DNA of 60,576 bases, taken from Tubiluchus corallicola (taxonomy: Eukaryota > Animalia > Priapulida). Position 1 is the first letter of the stretch. The number at the start of each line of letters is the position of its first letter. Made by a program: the position numbers and the translations under genes. Location of the stretch: NCBI GenBank assembly GCA_030141605.1, contig JAQGDQ010001130.1, forward strand, positions 1 to 60,576. The letters are read 5' to 3'. Under the pieces are notes generated by a model. That model was not told the DNA's origin. It searched no databases and saw nothing but the letters and a program-made list of their open reading frames with translations. Shown here piece by piece: positions 11,480 to 25,355 of this stretch.

Positions 11480-14031
11480 CTGAAAAATAGTAAGAAAAGT
11501 TAAAAATTCTTTACTCTGTAATATGCCAAGCGATTAAGCATTGATTTGAATAGCTTTGTTGCTAACAGCAGACTGTTTGTACATAATTATTATCCTCGAA
11601 AGTGAGAACTAGGAATATTTATTTACTACATGTATGATGTATAGTTGCATTTTAGTGTAACTTTTTATTATTTGATGTAAATGCTTTATGTTTCTATAAT
11701 ATTATGGCTTTTCTAGTGGAATAATCTAATCCAATCCAATCCAATCCAATCCAATCCAATCCAATCCAATCCAATCCAACCCAACCAAACCCAACCCAAT
11801 CCAATCCAATCCAAACCAATCCAATCCAATCCAGTCCAACCCAACCCAACCCAACCCAACCCAACCCAACCCAATCCAATCCAATCTAATCCAATCCAAT
11901 CCAATCCAATCCAATCCAATCTAATCTAATCTAAGCTAAGCTAATCTAATCTAATCTAATCTAATCTAATCTAATCCAATCCAATCCAATCTAATCTAAT
12001 CTAATGTAATCCAATCTAATCTAATCCGATCTAATCTAATCCAATCTAATCTAATCCAATCTAATCTAATCCAATCTAATCTGATCTAATCTAATCTAAT
12101 CTAATCTAATCTAATCTAATCTAATCTAATCTAATCTAATCTAATCTAATCTAATCTAATCTAATCTAATCTAATCTAATCTAATCTAATCTAATCTAAC
12201 TTAATCTAATCTAACTTAATCTAATCTAATCTAATCTAATCTAATCTAATCTAATCTAATCTAATCTAATCTAATCTAATCTAATCTAATCTAATCTAAT
12301 CTAATCTAATCTAATCTAATCTAATCTAATCTAATCTAATCTAATCTAATCTAATCTAATCTAATCTAATCTAATCTAATCTAATCTAATCTAATCTAAT
12401 CTAATCTAATCTAATCTAATCTAATCTAATCTAATCTAATCTAAGCTAAGCTAAGCTAAGCTAATCTAATCTAATCTAATCTAATCTAATCTAATCTAAT
12501 CTAATCTAATCTAATCTAATCTAATCTAATCTAATCTAATCCAATCCAATCCAATCCAATCCAATCCAATCTAATGATTAATCCTTCAGCCCTTATGATG
12601 GAAGATCGAACTGGATTTGTTCAGACTTTTGGTTATTAATTTTCGTTGGTTTCTTTAAGTCATCGTTCATACAGCAAAGTTCTTTAAGTTCTTCAATGTT
12701 GTTTGATGCACTTGAGTTCCAGAATCATCCAGCAACAAATAACAATGAGTTCCAGGATCATCCAGCAACAAATAACAATGAGTTCCAGAATCATCCAGCA
12801 ACAAATAACAATGAGTTCCAGAATCATCCAGCAACAAATAACAATGAGTTCCAGGATCATCCAGCAACATATAACAATGAGTTCCAGGATCATCCAGCAA
12901 CATATAACAATGAGTTCCAGGATCATCCAGCAACATATAACAATGAGTTCCAGGATCATCCAGCAACAAATAACAATGAGTTCCAGAATCATCCAGCAAC
13001 AAATAACAATGTGTTCCAGGATCATCCAGCAACAAATAACAATGTGTTCCAGGATCATCCAACAACAAATAACAATGTGTTCCAGGATCATCCAACAACA
13101 AATAACAATGAGTTCCAGGATCATCCAGCAACAAATAACAATGAGTTCCAGGATCATCCAGCAACAAATAACAATGAGTTCCAGGATCATCCAGCAACAT
13201 ATAACAATGAGTTCCAGGATCATCCAGCAACAAATAACAATGTGTTCCAGGATCATCCAACAACAAATAACAATGAGTTCCAGGATCATCCAGCAACAAA
13301 TAACAATGAGTTCCAGGATCATCCAGCAACAAATAACAATGTGTTCCAGGATCATCCAACAACAAATAACAATGTGTTCCAGGATCATCCAACAACAAAT
13401 AACAATGAGTTCCAGGATCATCCAGCAACAAATAACAATGAGTTCCAGGATCATCCAGCAACAAATAACAATGAGTTCCAGGATCATCCAACAACAAATA
13501 ACAATGAGTTCCAGGATCATCCAACAACAAATAACAATGAGTTCCAGGATCATCCAGCAACAAATAACAATGAGATCCAGGATCATCCAGCAACAAATAA
13601 CAATGAGTTCCAGGATCATCCAACAACAAATAACAATGTGTTCCAGGATCATCCAACAACAAATAACAATGAGTTCCAGGATCATCCAACAACAAATAAC
13701 AATAACAGTTCTTACAAAAAATAAGGTGTAAAAATCACTGGTTCTGAGTTTATCACATGAAAACAATACTGCCTGCAACTGGACCTCAATTACTGTAAAC
13801 ATCGTGTCTACAAACCATCAATCCATGTTGACCAATTGACCACTGTTGGATAAAAGGGTAAGGTGTTCCATGAACTCGGGGTAAATCAAGTAAGTGAAGA
13901 TTCTTCTCCTTCTTTCTCCATTTTGCTCGTCTATTTTGAAACCAAACCTGAAAGTAGGAATTCAGAAAGAAAATTCAGGTGTGTTTCACTTCATCTGCAA
14001 CGTCTCTTTCCTGCTAAGCTTATTGGAGCTG

Positions 14032-14079
<48 letters not shown>

Positions 14080-17000
14080 GGCAGATCTTTACTAACTGTG
14101 TTTTTAATGCAGGGTTTTGTAGCTTGCAATAGAACAAAAGTCTGTTTGACAGGCAGATCTTTAATAACTGTGTTTTTAACGCAGGGTTTTGTAGCTTGCA
14201 ATAGAACAAAAGTCTGTTTGGCAGGCAGATCTTTACTAACTGTGTTTTTAATGCAGGGTTTTGTAGCTTGCAATAGAACAAAAGTCTGTTTGGCAGGCAG
14301 ATCTTTAATAACTGTGTTTTTAACGCAGGGTTTTGTAGCTTGCAATAGAACAAAAGTCTGTTTGGCAGGCAGATCTTTACTAACTGTGTTTTTAATGCAG
14401 GGTTTTGTAGCTTGCAATAGAACAAAAGTCTGTTTGACAGGCAGATATTTAATAACTGTGTTTTTAACGCAGGGTTTTGTAGCTTGCAATAGAACAAAAG
14501 TCTGTTTGACAGGCAGATATTTAATAACTGTGTTTTTAACGCAGGGTTTTGTAGCTTGCAATAGAACAAAAGTCTGTTTGACAGGCAGATATTTAATAAC
14601 TGTGTTTTTAACGCAGGGTTTTGTAGCTTGCAATAGAACAAAAGTCTGTTTGGCAGGCAGATCTTTACTAACTGTGTCTTTAACGCAGGGTTTTGTAGCT
14701 TGCAATAGAACAAAAGTCTGTTTGGCAGGCAGATCTTTACTAACTGTGTCTTTAACGCAGGGTTTTGTAGCTTGCAATAGATCAAAACTACTCACTCGCA
14801 ATTATGATGTATTTTAATTATGCACACATTTTGCATAATTGTAGTTTATCAACAATTAAATAATTTTTAACTTTTCTTAGCAAGAAAAATTTATTATAAC
14901 TGCAGCATATTACATTACAGTTTACCAGTGGTATAATTCGCCAGCAGTACAGTTCGTCAGTTGTGTATTTTCTCTGTGGTACAGTTCGCCAGTGGCATGC
15001 TTCATAGGGTATACACTTCGCCAGTTTTAGATTTCGCCAGGGGCACTTTTCGCCAGTACGCTCTTCGCCAGTAAAATTTCTCTGCTAGGCTATTAACTTA
15101 TGCCATGAATTAGCAAGCCTGCTAAGATTTTTATGCAGTCCAAGCTTATAGTCTCTTGGTTTTATAGAATTTTCTCTAATAATGTTGATTTCTTTTTGTT
15201 AAATTGGAAAAAGGGAATTTTAAAGCATTTCTCGAAACCCTTCCACACAAATGCGTACTAAATTTTCACAAAAAATCGATTCTATAAGAATCTATTAACG
15301 CCTAGTACAAATATCTGTTAACTCCTAGCGATTATTACCATAAGTAAAATAGAAAGGAAAACTATGTAGAATGTTCGCGCGTTATTAAACATCAGTTGGC
15401 GGATTTAGTAGCGTTTGTTATTTCACGCAGTTTAAACATTATGCAAAACGTCTTCGTTTATTTCCTGAAACCAATGCGAATCGGGACAGAAAAAACTCAG
15501 TGTGGGAGTAGCTAATGCTTCGCATTCCGGACTAGTTTACTATGATTAGTTGAAAATAGTAATCTTACCTGTACGCGAGATTCAGGTAGTTTTAGACGCA
15601 AGGCCAATTTTTCTCTCATAAAAATGTCCGGATAGTGAGTCCTACGAAAAGCCTTCTCTAGAACTTGCAATTGCGCCGTGGAGAAAGTAGTCCGATTGCG
15701 CTTTGATTTGTCTGATTTACTCATATCGTCAGCGAACTGATCTTCTGTTGCTTGTTATAAAAAGTAGTACGTATATTATAAAGCTTAGGGCCATATTATC
15801 CTAGTATGCTATAGGTAACAGCAGTGATGTATCTTCATTACTCATTGTTCTCAAACAAAAACGAAATTTAATCTCAAATAAAAAAGATTTCAAACAGATT
15901 TGAAAACTTATTAAACTTATTTTGTTTTTCTTACTTTAAATACACAGTCGTCATTTTCACCACCGTCATCGTCATCATCATCATCATAATTGAACAAGTA
16001 AAATGTATTTTTCTAATTACATTGATCACCATGGAATGCAAAAAGTACAAAAAATCTAATATATAAAAGCGGCAAAAATGCTAAACTGGTTGTCTAAACT
16101 TTACAAAACGGAACATTTTTTTTCAACAACTACAATGTCAGCAATATGAAGCAACCTGATAGATCACTTAGCAAAAATATTTTTTTTCAACCACTGGAAG
16201 TGGTTTGGTCGTTAAACGGATTAGCAAAAAATGCTACACCAATGTGGTCTCTGCACACTTTGCCCCGCCTAACAACTTACCCCTCCCTGCCCTATAACGA
16301 CAACAGTGGTTAAACGGATAAGCAAAAAAATGTTACACCAATGTGGTCTCTGCACACTTTGCCCCGCCTAACAACTTACCCCTCCCTGCCCTATAACGAC
16401 AACAGTATCACACCGAAGACGCTTACTTGATGACGACGAAGTTGACGCATCTGCTGGAGATGGAAGATTTAAGAGGTTGCAGATGGAAAATTTCAACGAT
16501 GCGCCCGACTGTACCGCCTTCTCTGAAGTGTCTGAGTGAGTTTCTTCAACAAAATAAAACAAGCTGCTGTTATAAAGATGAGAAAAGGGCATACTATATA
16601 ATTATAATATAAAATCCTTCGCAATGCAATGACATTCATACATGGTTCTTTGATTTTTAGGTTGTGAATTATATTATGTATATTAACCCTTTCAGTCCCA
16701 AATTATTTTTTAATAAGAAAAATTTTTTGGCTTGGTACTTTTATTCAGTCAGTTCATCTTGTTTACACATAATTTTTTTCTACCTGTGCCCGCGTGCAAA
16801 ATATAGCCTGTATCCCACGGGATACATTGGAATTCAATGGAAGCATAAAATGTGCTTCATTTTGCAACTGCTGATAATTTATTAAAGTATTTAAGACATT
16901 TAGTATGCATGCTATGCTAATCTGTACAAAGTCGTCTCTAAAGTACTGTACCTTGCCCAGTTTTTTATGCTATGTAGATTTTCTAGTTTGCCATTTTATC

Positions 17001-18515
17001 ACCATTTTAGTCTATTGTTATTGCCTTAAATCAAAGTAACTATTAACAGATCAAATAACTGTCAGTTTTACAATGTTATTAATTTAAAAGCAGAAAACAT
17101 TCTCGTATCCCACGGGATACAACGGGTATGAAAGGGTTAAAATAATGTTTCCTCGTTAAAATTTTTGCCTCTGCTTCATCTGTTAAAGCTGAGGGTCGGA
17201 CAAATCGCTACTAGATGTCATTATTATTGTTGTTGTTGTTGTTGTTGTTTTTTGTTGTTGTTAGTGTTTGTTGTTGTTGTCGTTTTTGCTGTTGTTGTTG
17301 GTACTGAAATGACCGTTGAAAAAAGCACAAGGCCCCGCGAATTCGTTATGTGTCGTCATGAAAATTCACATCAATGCATTAGAATGAATTACGCATCGAT
17401 CCGCCATTTTGAATTCAATATGGCGGCAACGACATCATTTTCGAAAAAAACCCGAAGGCTTTGCAGATTCGCGCCGGTTCGTCTTGAAACTTCACAAGAA
17501 TGTGCTAGAACGAATTCCCCATTTTTAATTCGATATTAAAATGGCCCAGAAGTAATTAACCCCCTCCAGGCAGGCTCCAATTAATTTTCTCATTGGATGT
17601 TGAAGAAAAAACATATTAGTTAAACAAACGACATTAATCTATGCCATTTCAAACGTTTGAACCTTGCAGTAATTTTTACAAATGGAAACTTGAGGGCAAA
17701 CTGTGTGACAAATATTTCTTATATGCATTTTAGGAAATTGTAAGTTTTGTAATTGCTAGGGAGCAGAAGAGAAGAGAGGAGACAAAGAGAGGGGAGGGCA
17801 GGGGAGGGCAGGAAAGAGGAGAGGAGAGGAGAGGAGAGGAGAAGAGAGGAGAGGAGAGAAGAAAAGAAAAGAGAAGAGAAGAGAAGAGAAGAGAAGAGAA
17901 GAGAAGAGAAGAGAAGGGAAGAGTAGAGAAGAGAAGAGAAGAGAAGAGAAGAGAAGAGTTGAGAAGAGACGAGAAGAAAGGAGACAAGGAAAGGGGAGGA
18001 GAAGGAAGGGCAGGAAAGAGGAGAGAAGAGAAGAGAAGAAAAGAGAAGAGAAGAAAAGAGAAGAAAGGAGACGAAGAGAGGGGAGGAGAGGGAAGGGCAG
18101 GAAAGAGGAGAGGAGAGGTGAAGTCGAGAGGAGGGGAGGGGAGTGGAGGGACTGGAGTGGAGTGGAGTGGAGGAGAGTGTAGGAGAAAAAATTAGAAAAA
18201 AAACAGCTGAGCAGAAAAAGAGGAAAGGAACATGAGACGACATAAAAAGAATAGACTAGTAGAAAGTGGAATAACACACACTTGAGCAGAAAAAAAAGAA
18301 GGAACGAAATGGAACGGGACAGACTGGAACGGCATACTAGCTGAGGATAGCACAGGAGCTGAGTAAGAGGTTTTCTATCTCTGATGACGTCACTTACTAT
18401 TCGTAGATGACTTCCCTTCCTTGTCTTCATCTTCCAGAGGTGCTCCGTCAAACGGCGAGCCCAAATTGTTGTCCTCAGCTGCAATAAAGTCGCTATCAGA
18501 GTCCTCACCCTCCAT
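11360..18515 (-). CDS. PRD-class (paired-like, Q50) homeobox transcription factor with eh1 motif; 5 exons, 222 aa
   Basis: join(18515-18398, 16543-16427, 15750-15569, 13947-13816, 11479-11360) = 669 nt. All junctions GT-AG and in phase (1,1,0,0). Homeodomain [59 protein letters not shown] with the canonical PRD intron between residues 46 and 47. Confidence 0.9.
11725..12575. repeat. Pentanucleotide array (AATCC/AACCC/AATCT)n
   Basis: Read directly; lies in homeobox intron 4. Confidence 0.95.
12714..13701. repeat. 33-bp minisatellite, ~30 copies
   Basis: Unit gagttccaggatcatccagcaacaaataacaat; homeobox intron 4. Confidence 0.95.
13816..13947 (-). CDS. Homeobox gene exon 4 (recognition helix [15 protein letters not shown])
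   Basis: Acceptor cctactttcag, donor ATG|GTTTGT. If unspliced, the frame stops at 13786. Confidence 0.93.
14032..14780. repeat. (GACA)n followed by a 72-bp minisatellite, ~10 copies
   Basis: Period measured at 14081/14153; homeobox intron 3. Confidence 0.95.
15569..15750 (-). CDS. Homeobox gene exon 3 (homeodomain residues 1-46)
   Basis: RNRTTF...HYPDIFMRE...ESRVQ; donor CAG|GTAAGA. An alternative in-frame acceptor lies 6 nt downstream (15744). Confidence 0.95.
16211..16406. repeat. 98-bp tandem duplication in homeobox intron 2
   Basis: gttaaacgga...acaacagt at 16211 and 16309. Confidence 0.9.
16427..16543 (-). CDS. Homeobox gene exon 2 containing the eh1 motif (FSICNLL)
   Basis: Acceptor ttttattttgttgaag, donor A|GTAAGC, phase 1-1; FSIxxLL is the Groucho/TLE-binding eh1 pattern. 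Confidence 0.85.
16687..17136. mobile_element. piggyBac-type MITE, copy 1 (homeobox intron 1)
   Basis: TTAA TSDs, CCCTTTC...GAAAGGG termini, highly similar second copy at 52203-52660. Confidence 0.9.
17765..18180. repeat. Polypurine tract (AGAAG/AGAGG)n
   Basis: Read directly from the sequence. Confidence 0.9.
18398..18515 (-). CDS. Homeobox gene exon 1 ([39 protein letters not shown])
   Basis: AGGATGG start context; phase-1 donor A|GTAAGT. Confidence 0.75.
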
Positions 18516-19465
18516 CCTCAGATTTTACACTTTACAAGAACTACCGTTTTGTTAAAAAATCAAGGCGTTTTCCTACTTCCTGTTAATATTCTTATCACGC
18601 GGTCACCTGCTGTCACCAATTTAAAGTTTAATAATGAGAAAATTTAAAGAAATTGAAAGAAAGAGCTTTAAAGAAGCTGTTTAAGACGATTTTCTGCTGA
18701 TCTCGGCTGATGAAACGATACAGATTCAAGATAAACCATCTAATAGCAAAAACAACAAGAGTTTAGCGCAGGTACAAGACTATGACGTAGCACAAACGTT
18801 ATACCTGCTAAATTATCTTGTCCTTATAAAGATGTTGATTAAACCGAAGCCCTCCAAACGTCAAACCAATTCTCTTCCCCTCTTTCAGCTGCACTTGCCT
18901 CCAATCATCAAATTAACTGCTACGGCTGATTAAAAAGCATTGATAGGGAATCTTCCTGACAACAGACAATCAACGGTACAAGAGAGACAGAGATGGTTGG
19001 TTACGTCGGATGATTGTTAATGTTCTTAACTTCTTAATTGAATTCACAGCATTAGGCCCTGAACTGCAAATATATGTGCTGTTATATGGAAATTGTTATA
19101 AATAATTTCAGTCTTATTTGTTTTAACAAGAACATGCTTTAGGCATTAGGAGAAGGGGGGACCAAGCGGTTTTTTCTCAAATTGAGTGCAGTAGCGGCTC
19201 CTAGCTAAAATTGGTAGGGGGGGGGGGTGCTTCAGAATGTTTTAGCCATTGTTTTTATGTAAAACGAAACAATCATAATATGTAACTTTTACGTTCTAAT
19301 TTTGCAATTGTAATTTTGAACGAACAAACATACAAAAGTTCATTCATAAACTTGATAAAATGCCAAACAAAAAATATTTTTTGGTTACCAATTGTCTAAA
19401 TTGGGGCAGTTTAAGCTTCATCCAATCATGTGACAACTGTAAGCACGTAATCATATAAGCACGTG

Positions 19466-19774
19466 ACAACAAACTGTGTGAGCGACAGTACTTTCCCTAC
19501 CTGGGTGCAGACGTGTGCGCATGGCCGCATGCGCAAAGCAGCCAAACACTGCATTGCTGGAACGCACTGTGCTGGGCTGTGAAATAAACAGTACTACCCT
19601 CACGTGCTCTGCATCTGTACAACAAACTGTGTGAGCGACAGTACTTTCTCTACCTGGACTCAGACATGTGCGTTCAGTGACATGCGCACAAAAGCCAAAC
19701 ACCGCGTTGCTTGAGCGCACTGTCCTGGGCTGTGAAACAAATAGTACTACCCTCACGTGCTCTGGTTCCGTACA
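19466..19774. repeat. 153-bp diverged tandem duplication upstream of the homeobox gene
   Basis: acaacaaactgtgtgagcgacagtac at 19466 and 19619. Confidence 0.85.
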
Positions 19775-20082
19775 AGTATAAAGAAAGAACAAAAGAAAAA
19801 AGACGTATTACATTGAATATTATCGATAATATTGAGTGAAAATAGATGGCGCTGCAATTGTACAGTACCTATACACCACCCGGCGCCTGGTGTATAGAAT
19901 ACCACAGAATATGTGTGGCGGTTTCTGTGTTTGTTTACAATATGACGGTAAGGATGGGCATTGAGATTCAGACTACTGACCAACAAACACAACAAACAGC
20001 TGCCCACCCTGCTTTTACGTAAACATAGTTCATATACACTGTAACTAACAAAGACCAATGTGGAAACTTGGTTAATAGTAAT

Positions 20083-21000
20083 GCTAATTCACCACAGGTA
20101 ATTGTTCACTGTTCAATCTGTTCAGTAAGTAAGGAGGCTAATTCACCACAGGTAATTGTTCATTGTTCAATCTGTTCAGTAGGTAAGGAGGCTAATTCAC
20201 CACAGGTAATTGTTCACTGTTCAATCTGTTCAGTAAGTAAGGAGGCTAATTCACCACAGGTAATTGTTCAGTGTTCAATCTGTTCAGTAGGTAGGGAGGC
20301 TAATTCACCACAGGTAATTGTTCAGTGTTCAATCTGTTCAGTAAGTAAGGAGGCTAATTCACCACAGGTAATTGTTCATTGTTCAATCTGTTCAGTAAGT
20401 AAGGAGGCTAGCTCACCACAGGTAATTGTTCAGTGTTCAATCTGTTCAGTAAGTAAGGAGGCTAATTCACCACAGGTAATTGTTCATTGTTCAATCTGTT
20501 TAGTAAGTAAGGAGGCTAATTCAAAACAGGTAATTGTTCATTGTTCAATCTGTTCAGTAAGGAAGGAGGCTAGCTCACCACAGGTAATTGTTCAGTGTTC
20601 AATCTGTTCAGTAAGTAAGGAGGCTAATTCACCACAGGTAATTGTTCATTGTTCAATCTGTTCAGTAAGTAAGGAGGCTAATTCAAAACAGGTAATTGTT
20701 CATTGTTCAATCTGTTCAGTAAGTAAGGAGGCTAATTCAAAACAGGTAATTGTTCATTGTTCAATCTGTTCAGTAAGTAAGGAGGCTAATTCACCACAGG
20801 TAATTGTTCATTGTTCAATCTGTTCAGTAAGTAAGGAGGCTAATTCACCACAGGTAATTGTTCATTGTTCAATCTGTTCAGTAAGTAAGGAGGCTAATTC
20901 ACCACAGGTAATTGTTCATTGTTCAATCTGTTCAGTAAGTAAGGAGGCTAATTCACCACAGGTAACTGTTCATTGTTCAATATGTTCAGTAAGTAAGAAA
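20083..21000. repeat. 54-bp minisatellite, ~17 copies
   Basis: Unit gctaattcaccacaggtaattgttcattgttcaatctgttcagtaagtaaggag. Confidence 0.95.
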
Positions 21001-21579
21001 TCATAAATTCACAATACAGATGGGCGGGGCGGTTCTATCAGCCCAGGGGGTCTCGAAGTCTTGTTACGCCCTTCACCACGATGGATAACCATTGTGCTCT
21101 ATTTTAACCAAAACCTTCTGCTTCCAAAGGAGACGTTTTAGGCCCCCGTATGCCCCAATGATCATGACAGTAAAGTTCATCCCACATAGTTGGCCAAGCA
21201 AATTCAAATTGTTTCAAGCGTACAAGCAGAAAATGACTCAAAATTAAACTACTAGATTTGCTTTAGAACAAAAGCGAAGTTTACTATTAAATAAACTTCC
21301 CAGCACGTCACAAATCAGCATGCATCTGCACACGCATGCACGCCTACACAAAAACACGCATATGCATGCACTTTAAATCAATAATTATGTATGACTGTGA
21401 CAAAATAAACACCATCAGAAACAATTAAGAAAACAAATAAATTGCTGCAAAGCTCTACATCAAAATAAACAAACAAATAAACTTACAAACGTCTGAGGAT
21501 CTGTAAACAAACTTCAAACTTTCAGAAATCAACAGAGATATACTGATCTATAGCAGAGGCATACTGGAAATAGTATACT

Positions 21580-21900
<321 letters not shown>

Positions 21901-22419
21901 ATAAGTAAATGCTAAGTAAATGGATACATACATACATACAGACAAACAACCAAACAAACAAACAAATCAGATAAAAGTTGCAAACTAACAAGGTGAGGTC
22001 TCTTATACACGTACTTAAACATAAGATGACTTGACCTGTTTAGCAAACGTAATTGGACATTTCTACTGACGTCACTTGGCCGCGCCTTTTTCGTCAGCTT
22101 GTATTTGGCCACGCCCAGTGTTTAAAGACATATTCTAATTAGCTGCTGATCCATTGTCATTGCATCATTTAAGGATTCATTAATCAAGGGCATGAATATT
22201 ATTTCCCTTCATCATTGGCAAATCAAGCTTCATGAATACCTGGACAGTTTCATTTGTATGGCTTCGTAACTTCTTAATAAATTAATTACAGCAGAGATTA
22301 TTGTTTGCCTGATAAAGTGATTTATTCATATAAACAGCGGCAGCTGTTGCTATAGTCACATCGACAGCAGGAAGAATGATATTTGCAAAAAACGCAACGG
22401 TCACGTCAATGACCTCAAC

Positions 22420-23870
<1,451 letters not shown>

Positions 23871-24038
23871 TCATCATTAAATTCCTCAATGACCGCTAGG
23901 AGCAGTTATTCTAGCAATAAGTCGTTTGAAACATGTTTAGATAGCAATGTGTAAAGTTTGAAAGAATAAGTAGAGCATTCGTAGCACCATGTTCATTAAC
24001 TAAACATATGTGTCAGTAAGAACAATAATTTGTTTTTG

Positions 24039-24792
24039 GTGAATCAGTGGTGCACACTGGGATGGTGAATCAGTGGTGCACACTGGGACGGTGAATCAGT
24101 GGTGCACACTGGGATGGTGAATCAGTGGTGCACACTGGGAAGGTGAATCAGTGGTGCACACTGGGATGGTGAATCAGTGGTGCACACTGGGATGGTGAAT
24201 CAGTGGTGCACACTGGGATGGTGAATCAGTGGTGCACACTGGGATGGTGAATCAGTGGTGCACACTGGGATGGTGAATCAGTGGTGCACACTGGGAAGGT
24301 GAATCAGTGGTGCACACTGGGATGGTGAATCAGTGGTGCACACTGGGACGGTGAATCAGTGGTGCACACTGGGACGGTGCATCAGTGGTGCACACTGGGA
24401 AGGTGAATCAGTGGTGCACACTGGGACGGTGAATCAGTGGTGCACACTGGGATGGCGAATCAGTGGTGCACACTGGGAAGGTGAATCAGTGGTGCACACT
24501 GGGATGGTGAATCAGTGGTGCACACTGGGATGGTGAATCAGTGCTGCACACTGGGAAGGCGAATCAGTGGTGCACACTGGGATGGTGAATCAGTGGTGCA
24601 CACTGGGATGGCGAATCAGTGGTGCACACTGGGATGGCGAATCAGTGGTGCACACTGGGAAGGTGAATCAGTGGTGCACACTGGGATGGTGAATCAGTGG
24701 TGCACACTGGGATGGTGAATCAGTGGTGCACACTGGGAAGGTGAATCAGTGGTGCACACTGGGAAGGTGAATCAGTGGTGCACACTGGGATG
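24039..24792. repeat. 26-bp minisatellite, ~29 copies, embedded in a dispersed repeat
   Basis: Unit gtgaatcagtggtgcacactgggatg; a monomer with homologous flanks lies at ~59960. Confidence 0.95.
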
Positions 24793-25254
24793 AACATTTT
24801 AAATTATTTAATTTTTTTCGAATTTGCATGAGTCTTTCAAGCGTAATATTAAGCAATATAACTTTGTATGGAAAGTTCATTGGGATGTACAATTTCCTAT
24901 TCTTCGTTCTTAAGGAGTTACGCCTCGTTGTGAAAGCTGCAAGTACACGAGCCTCTATTCAACTACATCCGGCGGAAATTGCCCTGCTTGAAAAAAGATC
25001 ATGAACGATTATTAAAGCAAAAATTTAATGTTTCTGTGATTAAAGAACTCCTCAAAGAGCTCACACGAGTTTCATGAAATTCAGATATTCATTCTTTGTG
25101 CATTACTGACTTATTTGTCAGAAACAACAAGCAAAAAAAGCTACTGATAGTAAATTTTTGCCAGAATAATTTAAATGGCTAAAAATAGCTTTCTGAACTA
25201 AAAAAAAGGTTCAATCAAATTCAAATTTATTTTATAATATATGAATATAAGCTA

Positions 25255-25314
25255 GTAATAATAATAATAACAATAATGATGATAATAATAGTAATAAAAA
25301 TAATAATAATAATG

Positions 25315-25355
<41 letters not shown>

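Noticed and set aside
12575-12680. Possible OAR-motif exon for the homeobox gene
   Set aside because: Only a weak RSSIIRA resemblance, and no good acceptor in frame.
12667-14817. Long repetitive ORFs (264-369 aa) on both strands
   Set aside because: They are stop-free frames of the 33-bp and 72-bp minisatellites inside homeobox introns.
20068-21006. 312-aa CxxC-repeat metal-binding protein
   Set aside because: Non-ATG start, coincides exactly with the 54-bp array, and variants show no evident synonymous bias.
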